From Harriotta raleighana (lineage: Eukaryota): a stretch of 64,000 nt of DNA. A program made the translations under genes and the position numbers. The stretch is taken from contig JBNZDD010013730.1 in assembly GCA_050575255.1 (NCBI GenBank), positions 7,718,012 to 7,782,011 of the forward strand, in the 5' to 3' direction. Shown one piece after another: positions 51,887 to 64,000 of this stretch. The notes beneath the pieces were generated by a model. It searched no databases. It saw only the letters and a program-made list of their open reading frames with translations, and was not told where the DNA came from. Within the stretch, counting starts at the first letter, position 1. Every line of letters begins with the position of its first letter.

Positions 51887-54332
51887 CTGTTAAGGGAATT
51901 ATACATTTTCGGTGTTGCTAATATCTGTACTACTGTTAGCTGCAACATGCTCACTTGGTAGCTAGCAATTATAAACATTTAAAGCTTCATATTTCTAATT
52001 TATGTTATATTTATAATTAAAATATAATTACAGGTATCAATAAGCAAACATTGACAAATGTAGTAAAATTAGAGAACATAACACAATGTCCTATTTATTG
52101 TCTTCTGTGCGTTTTTGTGGATGAAATGCCCATCGGTGTGTATAATAAGCTAAGGTCGCCTTAACCCTAGACAGGCATAATATCTCAACACATTCATTTA
52201 TGTTGATTGTACAATCCTGTATATTAGCCACAAGTTTCACTCGGATGCAAACACAATTTTAGAAAAATTGAAAATCTCAGGTACAAGCTACAAATCAAGA
52301 ATTAATAGAATTTCTATAAATATTCAGGTTAAATCAACTCTATGCTCACTTCAGAAAACTAATCTGGAAAATTGTGTGCTCTGAATATTTAGTATTTCCA
52401 TCTTCACTAAATATTTAAAATAAGCCAAGGTATTACAAAAAACACTCAGAGGAAACTAAACCAGTTGCTGATGGCTATGTATTTTTTTAATGGCATCATA
52501 GGATAAAATCCTTTAGTACAGAATGGTTAAGATTTCCTTCATGTGAATCTATGAATCAAAAAGAACAACTGATTTTCCTTTATAATTATCAACTCACCTT
52601 CAACTCTTCTCTCACTCACTTTCTCTCCATTTCCTTCTTGTCAGGTGATAGCACAATTTCAAATATATTTAGCTGACATGAATTTGTAACTTTCCAAAAA
52701 AAAGATAATTCTATTAAGGAGATTAGCAAATAAAATAATATTCTTTGAATGGTAGTTCTGTCAATATACAATGACTTTGTATTACAAAGCAACTATGAAA
52801 AACAAAGTACTATAATCCGTATAAGTTTTATTGAAGTGTACAAATGATTTAGAAGTCAGACTATTAGGTGTGAATGAAGGAAAGGTTGGTACTGGGATTG
52901 TTTTAATATGAGTTTGATGCAATGAGATGATTCAGAAAATCATCCAGTTGGATGACGTGGTCTTTAATGTGTGAAGTCTAAATTGACACCTTTTTGGCAT
53001 GAATTAAATAGTCTTTTCCCATGAGATTAGTTATATTAGCTATTTGGATGGGAAAATCAATTAGCATTTAAAAAATACACACTTCTAACTTCAATCGTAG
53101 AAGAATGTGCTCATTATACCCCCAAAGGACTAATTCAGAGATTTCACTTATGCTTACACAATAGTTCAGTTATTCATTTATTATTTTTCTCACAATTTCA
53201 ATTCAAAACATCATTATCTTGCAAAAGCTTTTAATGTGGCACATTTATAAGCTGCAATACTAATTCATCACACACTCTGTAATGAATATATTTGGTCTGA
53301 TTAAAAAACGTAACATCATTCATACACTCGTAAGGAATTAAATTTATCAAGGTGGATTTTTCTTAAGAAAGCTGGTTGTTTAAGTGTGTTGTATAAAAAC
53401 GTGAGATGCAACCATGTAATAGGAACATCTATTACCACTTATCTTTAATCTTTGTTATGCATTCAAATAATCTTTTACCCTTGGACTAGATTCCTCAAGT
53501 AGATGCGATAAATAACAGCAAAAGTGCAAGAAAACGATTTCCTCGCTTTCATTAGGCTTATAACCAGAGGGCACTTGATGAAAACTGCCCTCTTAAGTAA
53601 TCAAACAAGTGAGTCACCCTTTGATATCTTTGAACTTCGCTCTACATGTTCTCTGAGTTTTGAATTCTGTTCTGGGAGAACATTTTCAACCCTGTTTCCA
53701 AAGATGCACATGGCAAATTTTTAAAATGGTATCACAACACACCAACACTTCATGGTTTTATATTCTCTAATTTTCTGATGCAGTCCAGGCATTTCAAATG
53801 TGTATCAAAAATCTAAAGAGAATTGGATTAATAGCACCAACAATGGCTTAGTCCTGTGGGGGGAAAATCAACAGCAACTGAGTGTTGTAGCTGCGGCAAT
53901 AAGAAGTGCTCGTGATCAATAAGAATTTAGGTTACTATTTTCTGCTCCATGTCTTTTTATTGCAGGAGTGAATTCTGTTATAGTGTAATCTCTGGCATGT
54001 ACACCTTTTGGAGGCGCTTTTGAGAATATGATTCTATTATGCGAGTTGTGTGAGGTACAATCGGGGAGCAACGTTTGGTTCAGGTGAGAATGGGGGTGGG
54101 GGTATTTTGAATGAGCTGGATTTCATGAATGGTGTGGAGGGGAGACTGGTGAGGAGGGCATTGGAGTAGTTCAGCCAAGATAGAAATTGAAAGCATGGAA
54201 CCTAAGAATTATTAAGAATTATTCAGTGTAACATCAATTCAAATATCCAGTAGTACCTTTAATCTTTAATAGTGAATGGTTAATAAAGCAGAAGAACTTC
54301 AGTTTGTGTTTTATGGTTCTGCTTTTTCTATT

Positions 54333-54740
54333 TCAATTATGTACTCTTCTTGTATGGCATTCCCTGAACATCTGATCTTCTGCATCATCTTTAGCTTCCA
54401 ATTGGCTTTGATAGCACACCAAGTCTAAGTTGTCCGTAATGCAATGCAGTGGAAAATATGAATAGGTATGAGGTAAGAAGTATTTTAGCAAGAATTTGAT
54501 CCCTAAATTGTGACCTTCCTTGTACTTCACTTGAGTTTGCCTAGAAATGTGAGAAATAGAAAAGTTTCCCAGTTGAATCATAGTAGATTCTGTCATCCAG
54601 TCGCTGAAGTCACTGAAGATGCTTACACTCCACTTGTCTTTATTTTCCACAGCAATGGCTTTGACAGTGCACAGTAATTCTAGAGCAATGGCTGATCTCA
54701 GTGTAAAACAATTCCCTGATGCCCTATGGATGATTTCCAA
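54333..54740 (-). mobile_element. Possible second hAT transposase relic
   Basis: The ORF has VSIFSDFSD (first-Asp-block-like) and EGHNLGIKFLLKYFLP..LHCITDNLDLV, resembling the hAT M.G...G....L....P....HC.AH.L.L block. Heavily diverged. Confidence 0.4.
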
Positions 54741-55019
54741 AATGCATCATACAAAAATATTTGCAGATACCAAATGTACCAAAGTATTGTAAATTTCACA
54801 GTAGCCACAATCATAAATAATATGTGGAATTATATCCTCATTGTGAAGGAAAAGTTGAATCGGAGAAGGAGAAGGCAGATGGTAGCAAAGTCACTTGGTG
54901 AGAAAAACTTGATTGGCTAAATGACAAAAAAGAATCTAGTATCTTGCTTTTCTGATCGAGGACTGAATTCTACTGTCCGGATACACAAGTCAGCAGAAAA
55001 AACAAACTTAGGTTTGGAG

Positions 55020-55200
55020 TTACAAGAAGCAATTTCACGACAGATACCAGGAAGCTTTTATTGACCAAAAGAGTAATTAATAACTGGAATAGGTTAGGGT
55101 CGTGGGATTGGGTAAGGTCATAAGTTAGGACCCCAAACTTGTTTTAATATGTTTGATGCTATAATGGGAAGATGCTGTGATCAGTTGGGTGGATATTCAA
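55020..55200 (+). mobile_element. Old CR1 3' fragment
   Basis: aggaagctttta..accaaaagagtaattaataactggaataggtta resembles R..FF.QRV.N.WN.L. Confidence 0.55.
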
Positions 55201-57182
55201 TATTCAACAGCGACAACAAACAAAGTTAAATTTGTATATTCACCTTGCATGTCGGCAGGAGATTCCAAGGGGCTGAAAGAGTGAAATCAAATGGGTTGAA
55301 GGGCACCTTCATCGTGTGATCTTGTGAATTGAACCAGAGATGCAAAGGTTGAAGTATAGTTGCATACACTTACCAGCAAAATCTGACAACTGAGATCTCA
55401 TGTTCTAAGGTTCCTCATGCACAGTAAATTGAAGCAAGATGAATATAATTCTGTCAGATTGTGATATGCAGCAAAACTCAGATGAATAGTCATTTACAAA
55501 ATTAAATGATTCCCCATGGTTCATTCAAATGGTTTCAAACATTCTTTCGAATTTTAACTCCCTGGTTTAAAAATAACTGAAGACAGCTTCTCTGTAAAAC
55601 AAGCTGTATAACTATATTCATTGTCTTTTTTAAAGACCTTTACATTTATAGCTGACCATAGATCAAGCAAAGACAATAAATGGAGAGCCAGGAAGAACAT
55701 TACAGAACAACGGCTCTTCCATTGTAAAATTTGTAACATCTCCATTGGAGACTGACATATGGTGCTAATTTAATTCACTTATAAAATACAGTCACTAGTC
55801 TTTATAGTACATCCTCTGAAGCGCTTCAGAAAGGCATTATATGAAAGGCACTATTTGAAAAGCAAAGATTTTTAACACCAATATATTTTATTAAAAAATG
55901 GTTTAAAATAGGAATTTGAATTATATTAGAAGCAATTTATGCACCAGATTTGATAGCTTGCAAAACTTTCACCTTATCTAATTGCTCCTCTTAAGCAAAC
56001 ACTGTTGGAATGGGGAATAAATTGGTGTCTGGGCAAATATTCGCCTTAAACAAAGGTAATAATTAGCTAATATGCAATGCAGCAAGTTCCAAATTGCTCA
56101 GGCAGATCAAAACAGCCCTTGTACAATTCACCAACAAAGTAAATTCACCTTCATAGACGCTTTGACCACTGGAAAATCAGCTTCACTATCTCCTGCTCAT
56201 GTTAATAGCATGAGGTATAAGTTATATTCTAAAGTTTATAGTCATGAAAGGAAATGGAACTGGAAAACTCAATGACTAATTTAGGTCCATTAAAGTATTG
56301 TTGTATTAGGTGTTGTGGAGAATTATCCAACGTCTACCAATATAATGGGGCCTGTTGGAACTCATGAAAGCCATGAACCATCTGTAAAACATATTTTTGC
56401 TGTATTATTCGAGTCTTGTAACCCATGTGTCGTTAGCTGTATGTGATGTGTACAGGGGGAATTACAGGTGCCCTTGATTATGTAATTGGATTAAAGAATC
56501 ACCTTATGTAAAATTTCATTCCACAAGAAAATCACTTGACGTAGGAAAAACATGCTCTTTAACCTGCTGCATTTCATGCTCATTCAATGTAAAACTGGCA
56601 GCAGAAAACCTGTGCACAAATGGGCTGGTTAGAATACTGTACTTTTATACAGTAGGCCTGGAGTCAACGTCAATACCTTTTGCTCAATTGTTAATTCTTC
56701 AAATAAGGAACCACCAGAATCTTTTTATAAGTGTTTCATTGAGTGAGCATGAGGAATGTTCAAATTCACATCTGTGGTGAACTTCCTCTTGCCACTAATC
56801 TCATTGTAAAGCACATCATCAAAATCACTTTACTTAATGAAAGGAAACATTTCTCACCCAAAATGTCACTCGTCTTACAAATTCAATGACCTGGATTTTG
56901 TTTGCATCCTGTCCTTAGAGTTCCACAAAACGGCCTTACATATCTGAGCATGAACAGTATCTAGGGGCCATTTCTAATACACACATCCATCGGCTATCCC
57001 CTTCCTTCTTTTACATGTTTTATGTGTCTCTAATGCACATTTGCCCCACACTTTGAGTACTTGTGGTATAATCAGGATTTTCACTAGCTTTCAGAGGATT
57101 TTGCGACTGTCAGTCACATTTGTCAAATGTTTTCATTAAATGGTAAAGCATTTTACAAAGGAACATACAATATCTTTTTTAT

Positions 57183-57292
57183 ATAATAATAATCCTTGCA
57201 TTTAGATTAGTGCCTTATGATGTAGTTGTGATGCCTCAAAACACTTCACAGAGTATATTGTAAAATTAATTGATTGTATATTTTGTGGACAA
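57183..57292 (-). mobile_element. SINE 3' fragment
   Basis: aataataatccttgcattt...ctcaaaacacttcacagagtatattgtaaa. Confidence 0.8.
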
Positions 57293-57854
57293 ATCGTAGG
57301 ATAAACTGAATGACGCTTAAGAACAATAAAGCTTTATACCTTAGAATTTTGACAGAAGCTATTATTACTGTACTATAGCTTTATCTTCGACAAATAATCT
57401 GTTAAAACACCACATAAACGTTCCTCTATTACTTTTTGTTTCCTTTCCAAAAAAATAGTTTTGAAAGAGTATTCCTTAAGAAGTAAATCATTACCTCTTT
57501 TAACACGGTATCATTGTATTGATAAAAATTATCATTCATCTTCAGAATGATAATATTTAAATACATATTGTGGGAAACTGTTTCGCCAGCATTTCTGTTT
57601 TACAGACAAGACCTGAACCAAAAGGGACTATAACATAGAATTGTCTTACCAGCTAACATCTAAAGTACCTGCTGGAATAGAAGCATCTGTGTACAATTGT
57701 AATTTAATTTAACTAGAGGCTGTTTACTTTAGTGTACACTTTCCTGTTCCCGTAGGGCTTCTTCATTTGGAGTGAAATCAAATTTTAGAAAAACAAACAA
57801 GAGAGAAGAAGTTGAGCTTGATCCTGTCCTTGCTCAATACCAATATGCATAAAA

Positions 57855-58180
57855 GATAATAATAACCTTACATTTGTACAGTGTTGTGACTATATTTTGT
57901 GTAAGGCATTGACATGGCAGGCAATTTGCACACAACAATGACCCCAAATTAATTTTATCTGGAAAGGACTCCAGGAGAAATTGCCTTCTCTTTTAAATAC
58001 TATTGTAGGTTCTTTAACATCCACCAGGCAGAAGGGACTTGGTTTAATGTCTCATCCGAAGGACAGCACCCCCAGCACTGCAATGCAGTGTCAGCCAAAC
58101 TATGTGAATTCAAAAGTTCTGATGTGGAGCTTGAACCCATAACCTTCTGACTCAGAGGCAAGAGTGTTACCAACTGAGGG
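57855..58180 (-). mobile_element. Near-complete old Deu-domain SINE with tRNA head
   Basis: Minus strand: ctcagttggtaacactcttgcctctgagtcagaaggttatgggttcaagctcc (A and B boxes), ccttcggatgagacattaaaccaag, Deu core and tail. Confidence 0.8.
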
Positions 58181-58594
58181 AGGCCAAAGCTGGGGAAAGA
58201 TGAATATTTATTGTTGAAACTTTTAACCTGGACATCTGCTGAACGTCAAGAGAAAGTAAAGGTTTGAAATGATTTAAAAGCTGTGGTCATCCATTTGATT
58301 AACATGGCAGCAATAAAAAGTCAAACCTACATATCATTAGCATTGGCTTCTTGCTGCCTGAATGGCGATTGCAATTAAAATTGATTTATTTAACAAGGAA
58401 ACAATAGGCCTGCCAGCGTTAGGTCCCATTTTTACATTTGAGCCAACAAAAGATTCCATTTCAAATCCTACAAGAAAGTACAACATACATATAAATAAGG
58501 CTTCTTGTGAAAGAATGTAATGTGGGTTCACCTCAGATTGTATCTTAGAACCACGTGTCTGAAACTCTAATGCAGTGCGGAGGGTATCCCAAGG

Positions 58595-58745
58595 TGCTAT
58601 CCTTCGGATGATAGGTTGAACCAAGGTCCCATTTGCTTGCTCAGATGGAGGTTAAAGATTATATGGCACTATTTGAAAAGAGAAGGGAATTTCTCCCTAG
58701 TGTTCTGGCCAGTTTATCCCAGTGTCCTGGCCAAGATTTACTCTA
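58595..58745 (+). mobile_element. Deu-domain SINE core
   Basis: ccttcggatga..gttgaaccaaggtccc..gatggaggttaaagat..atggcactatttgaa..agggaatttctccc..gtgtcctggccaa. Confidence 0.75.
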
Positions 58746-58996
58746 TTTACTGTAGCATTTTAGACAATTTGCTAAATTCTGGACACACCAACATAATACA
58801 TATAGTAAATCTAAATGGGGATTTCTCCCTAAGTTGAAAAGAGAAGGGAATTTCTTCTAGTGTTCTAGCCAATTTCTCCCAGTGTCCTGGCCCAGATTTA
58901 TTCTATTTACCGTAACATTTTAGACAATTTGCTAAATTCTGGACACACCAACATAATACATATAGTAAATCTGAATGCGGATTTCTCTCTAAGTTG
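58673..58996. repeat. Diverged tandem duplication, unit about 161 nt, 2 copies
   Basis: Copies start at 58673 and 58834, differ at about a dozen positions, and have no N between them. Confidence 0.9.
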
Positions 58997-60009
58997 TTAT
59001 TATGAGATCCTATTCCAAATATCAAGATTGCAGGATTTGTAATTCCATCGGTAAAAATTAATTATTTGGGATGATTTGCTTTAGTCAAGAGTAAGATCAA
59101 CCTTTGGTAACTTGCTGTGGTACACCAGATAACACGCTTAACTTTCAGAACCAGAGCAACATTGTATCAGCATAATGAAAAACTACAGTGTTCAACATGT
59201 AGCTTTTCAAAGTGACCTGTAGGTATAATATTCCAAGGGCAATGTGTGGAGTGGATGCCGATGGAATAAACATCATTCTGATGTTTTGGGGTTAAATTTA
59301 CCCAATGAAAATCTGAACTAAAGGAACAGTTTCTTCACCAAATTAAGTACATGTGTTAAAATAGTAGTGAATAGGCACTACTTTAACAGTAGATGTCCCT
59401 GACATAGAGTGCAGAATTTCAGACGTAAATGTTAATTCACTTATTGCACTGTAATGGCAGTAATCTACCTTCAATCGTATCACATATTTCAGCAATTTTC
59501 AATTCCAAACTGCCTCGCTTTCTGACAAACATTCTGCATATCTTACCTGACCGATCAATATGTTATTAGTCAACATCTTGACAGAGGCACATAAATTAAA
59601 GCCTGACTGTCAGGCTGACATATACTATTCTAAAGAAAGCTCATCACCACAGTATGGATGAGGTCTGCTTTAATCCAATTAAAGGAATTGAACATTATTT
59701 CTTTAAGTCTCTACATTTACTCTCATTCAGATCTGTAAAAATGGATAGACTTTGGACAAACGTATTTTCTGCATAACCTTAAAGGAGCAGTTAAACATAC
59801 CTAACTTTAAAACAATAGCGGATTGACTCAGAAAGCAAATAATGGCATTGCATCATTTATTTTTGAAACTTCTTTGCAATGGTAATGATACTGCTGATAT
59901 GTATCTATCTTTCTACCACTGTGTATATTTTTGTTTATTAATTCATCTGCACAATAAAAGTTAGAATAAAGAAGTTTTGGTATACAAGATACTGTACATA
60001 GTCACTAAA

Positions 60010-60086
60010 CTTTACAGTAAATCCTGTGAAGCGCTTTGAGACATCCTCCTGATGTCAAACACGCTACACAAATGCTTTACTATTAC
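60010..60086 (+). mobile_element. SINE tail hosting MITE copy 3
   Basis: ctttacagtaaatcctgtgaagcgctttgagac...aatgctttactattac; the (tta)n tail continues at 61139. Confidence 0.75.
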
Positions 60087-60088
60087 TA

Positions 60089-61136
60089 CAGTAAAACCTC
60101 GTTTATTCATGGNCACCTCAAAAAAAGTGTCCTGATTCGATTAATGGTAGGTTATCCGGCAAATAGTGATGACGCGTTTAATGAATGGACTATTGCAAGC
60201 GAGTGCAGAACTCGCGAGTGCAGTACTCTCGGTTGGCCACTAGGTGTGTCTAAACTGGTGAGATGCTCAGAGCCCTGGAGCAGCAGTCATTTTTACAGGT
60301 GAGCGAGAGGGACACACAGATAGAGGAACATCCACACACAGATAGAGAGACAGACACAGATAGACACACACACAGAGACACAGAGAGAGAGAGAGTGACA
60401 CACACTCTCAGATACAGAGAGGGAGGGAGAGACAGAGACACACACACACAAACAGAGAGAGACAGAGAGAGTCACACATCTAGACACAGAGAGAGAGAGA
60501 CACACACAAACATGCACACCCACGAGAGGGAGAGAGAGAGAGACTACAGAGAGGGAGAGACAGAGACCACAGAGAGGGAGAGAGAGAGAGAGAGAGAGAG
60601 AAAAAGTCACTGTTTTTCCTACCACGANTCAGATACAGAGAGGGAGGGAGAGACAGAGACACACACACACAAACAGAGAGAGACAGAGAGAGTCACACAT
60701 CTAGACACAGAGAGAGAGAGACACACACAAACATGCACACCCACGAGAGGGAGAGAGAGAGAGACTACAGAGAGGGAGAGACAGAGACCACAGAGAGGGA
60801 GAGAGAGAGAGAGAAAAAGTCACTGTTTTTCCTACCACGATCGTTTTTATCTTGTTAATGGAAACTCACGTATAGTGATGCATCACAACACAGAAGTTGC
60901 TACATTGGTCGATTTGACCTAAAATAGGTCGGGTGAGGCCTGCGATTGCAAAGTTAAGTATAAATAAAAGTACGAATACAATATTCTGTTGTTATTTAGT
61001 CGATTATTAATATGGTATGTGTTAAAATAATTTTGGGGGGAATTTTAAAAAAAAAATTAAAATCCGTTCAACCGGAAAAACAATTTAACCGTCACTGGCC
61101 AGGTCCCATGGGTGCCGGATAAACAAGGTTTTACTG
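60089..61136 (+). mobile_element. Tigger/pogo-like MITE, copy 3 (long form)
   Basis: TA-cagtaaaacctcgtttat ... ggataaacaaggttttactg-TA. Both ends are homologous to copies 1 and 2; the middle differs. Confidence 0.88.
60305..60815. repeat. Compound (GA)n/(CA)n microsatellite, partly duplicated across an N gap
   Basis: Direct inspection. It explains the ERERTH-rich and SLSV-rich ORFs in the track. Confidence 0.95.
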
Positions 61137-61281
61137 TATTATTATTACTGTTATTATTAGATCTCATGATTCCAGAATATCAATCTTACCAACTTCTCAG
61201 TACCACTAGGTCTAAAATATGTTGATTTGAAAAATGATTCTTCATCATTCTTCAAATGCAAGATGTCATTTTTCATTGAAG

Positions 61282-62265
61282 GAATAATATAATAATACTT
61301 CTATTTGATAAAATGCCTTTCACATGGATGGATGTCTCAAAGCTCTTTACAGCATATATTGTAAAGTGGGCTGACTGTTTTTTGTTGGGTGAACATGGCA
61401 ACAAAATTACATTTGTATAGCACCTTTCACGTCCGGAGGATGTCCCAAGGTGCTGGACAGTCAATTTTTCAGACCTAAGATGGGGCGGGATCAGGGAGGG
61501 TGGAGTGAAAGGAGGGGATTTGGGGTGATCGATCGGACTGTCGAAGAGGAGGGTGTTGAGGCAGGACTTGAAGGAGGTGAGGGAGGAGGCGAGGCAGAGG
61601 GACTGCGGGATGGGATTCCAGAGTTTAGGGTAGAGTAGCTGAAGGCTCGCTCACCGATGGTGGGGCAGGTGGGTCAAGCAACGGAGCAGGCTAGAGCTCG
61701 CTGAGTGGAGGAAGCGGGCTGGTTGGTAGGGGGTCACAAAGGTAGGATGGGGAAAGGTCATGGAGGGCTTTGAAGATGAGGACCAGAATCTTGAATCCTC
61801 TGGGTGAATGAGGGAGATGGGGTCGTGGTGCCTGGAGCGGAAGAGGATGTGGGCCATAGAGTTCTGGATGATCTGCAGCCTATGGAGGAAAGAATTGGGA
61901 AGGCTGAAAAGCAAGGTGTTGGGGTAGTCGAGCCTGGAAGGGACGATGAATGAGGGTTTCAGTGACCTTAAGGGTGAAGGAGTGGCGGAGGCAAAAAATA
62001 TTACGGAGGTGATGGAAGGTAGATCGGGTCATAGCTTGGATGTGGGTGAGGATTGAATAAGACACCTAGGTTCCTGACTGGCTTGGTGAGTTTGAGTGTG
62101 CAACCATGGAGGTTGATGCTGCCAGTGTCTGATGTGCGAAGGCAAAGTTTCCACGCAGCAATGCTCCACAAACAGCTCATTTTATTTTGGTGGATTGATG
62201 GGCAAGACATTGAGAGAACTCTCCTCTTTCAAATATTGTTGTGGGATATTTGATGTCCACTGGAA
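61282..62265 (-). mobile_element. Deu-domain SINE split by an L2 insertion
   Basis: The tail half (61282-61398) ends ggtgaacatggca. It resumes at about 62152 with cacgcagcaatgctccacaaacagc and the Deu core. Confidence 0.7.
61399..62150 (-). mobile_element. 5'-truncated L2
   Basis: Minus-strand PVRNLGVLF, FHHLRNIFCLRHSF..VTETLIH and LHRLQIIQNSMAHIL motifs, plus the L2 tail. Confidence 0.92.
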
Positions 62266-63715
62266 AAGGATTCTCACAATATATCAATGCTTTGTTTTAC
62301 TGAACAACTAGTAAAATGGTAAAAATCCATGTGGAGAGAGGATGAGATGAATCAAAAGGTAGATCATATCAAACGTCTAAGGTGACGCCAGCTTATATTT
62401 GCAAACCTCTACATTGTAGGAAGGAAAGAGAGGTGAGGGGTTCCACATTCCTGGGAAGAAATCAGTTTGCGCAGTAAGGGCAGGAAGAGAAGTGAAAGTC
62501 TATTAGAAGAAAAACGAACAAGGTTAAGAAGAGCAATAATGAATGATAAGGTTGTGTCAAATATGAGACAATGGAAAATAGGGAATTTGAAAATAGACAG
62601 AGCTGATCAGTACCTGAAAGACAGGTTCATGTTTTGATAATCCTATCTTTCTGTTGCCATGTATGTTTTTCTTTGGAACATTTTGGAGGTTTGGAAAAGT
62701 GCCTGCATAATTCATCTTATTACTGGAATGATAGCTTTGTGTGTGTCTAATTTAAAATGCAAACACCGATTATTCACATTCTATAAACCGCATTGTTCTG
62801 ATAGCACATTCTTCTGCGGGTTACAGTAAAATGCCCTTCTCTAGCTGTATCATCCCATGACATGTTTAACAATGTGGTACCAATTTTACCTAAGCAGTTA
62901 TCATTGTATTTTTATTTTCTCTGATTACTTTGACAAGGAAAACGGATGTTTCTTTCAGCACATTATTCTCTACCCTTGTATTCAACAGAGATTCGCAGAA
63001 TCTAAGCCTACAGCTGACATCCCAATTACTCACTGGCTGGTGCAGCAGTTTCAGCAGAGCTGTGTGACAGAGACAGAGAGATTATTGTTCAAAACTAAGG
63101 GAAAATGGATTTTCTGCTAGAGATGCCTGGTAGAGATCTAGGTGATGAATGAGATGATATCTCCAATCTCTCTCATTTTCTCAAGATAGAACAGGAAATG
63201 CTCTGGAAGATACAAATGTTAAAAGACAATGACTTCATACCAATGAATATTTGGTTTTCCGTCCTTCTTTAAGGCTCTGAGTGCAACTATTGGGTACAAC
63301 TAAATGTTTATGATGCTTAGAGAACTTGCTCAGATAAGACAGAGGAGAGAATGAGAGTGCAGGGAGAGACCAGTTCTTTTAAATTAATCAGCATTTGTAA
63401 AAGAGTGAATTTGGAACATTTCATCAATTGATTCATTGTGATCATATCACACATGTGATGAAATACCACAAATGCACCCTTACTAAAATAATTGCAGAGA
63501 GAGTAAGATGATTGATTTCTCCCTGGGTTGTTCATGTTGAAGTTCAACATTAACATCCATTAGTACCATTACATTATGATACATTACAATGACACAGCTG
63601 ATGGTTCAGTGATCTGAAGCGGCCAGTACCTGTATGCTCACAACTATCACAAGAAGACAATACTTTACAGTGTACTAACAGCAACTCCACTATTGGTAGT
63701 ACAGTGGCAATAGCA

Positions 63716-64000
63716 ATAATAATAATCCTTGCGGTTGATATAAATCTTTTCATGTCTTCCAGACATCTCAAAGTGCTTCACAGAATACAACAACAACAAT
63801 CAACAACTTGCACATCAGGGGCATGTCCCAAGGTGCTACAGAATATACTGTAAAGTGAATTGACTCTATATAGGTGGGAAAAACAAGGCAGCCACTTGCA
63901 TACAGCAATGTCCCACAAACAGTCGTGGATTGAAATAATCAATTTTAGGGATTATTATCAGGCATGTAGAGTAAGGAAATTTGCCCAAGGTTTCACCCTG
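63716..64000 (-). mobile_element. SINE cut by the window end, containing a 50-nt L2 tail insertion
   Basis: SINE tail and body. The insert at 63788-63837 is flanked by a duplicated acagaata. Confidence 0.9.

Noticed and set aside
60263-60922. 219-aa E/R/T/H-rich ORF
   Set aside because: Translation of a GA/CA microsatellite, duplicated across an N.
1-64000. CRISPR array, prokaryotic operon or viral insert
   Set aside because: No regularly spaced repeats, no dense long ORFs and no compositional island; the DNA is typical vertebrate intergenic or intronic sequence.

Overview
AT-rich, repeat-dense, non-genic vertebrate DNA. The repeat landscape points to a cartilaginous fish, most likely a chimaera such as the elephant shark; this is inferred from remembered repeat families, not from a search. 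I recognise no intact protein-coding gene, tRNA, rRNA, miRNA or CRISPR array. Nearly all ORF-track entries are chance ORFs or reads through repeats. Supported content: many tRNA-headed SINE copies, older Deu-domain SINEs, L2 and CR1 LINE fragments, a decayed L1/Tx1 element, three Tigger/pogo-like MITEs with TA target duplications, one clear and one weaker hAT transposase relic, and two Penelope-type tails (one retains a hammerhead ribozyme core). There are also several nested insertions, candidate non-coding exons on both strands, repeat-free blocks that may be conserved non-coding elements, and false duplications flanking single-N assembly gaps. I cannot support a new biological system here. 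Most repeat boundaries are approximate (about 10-30 nt).
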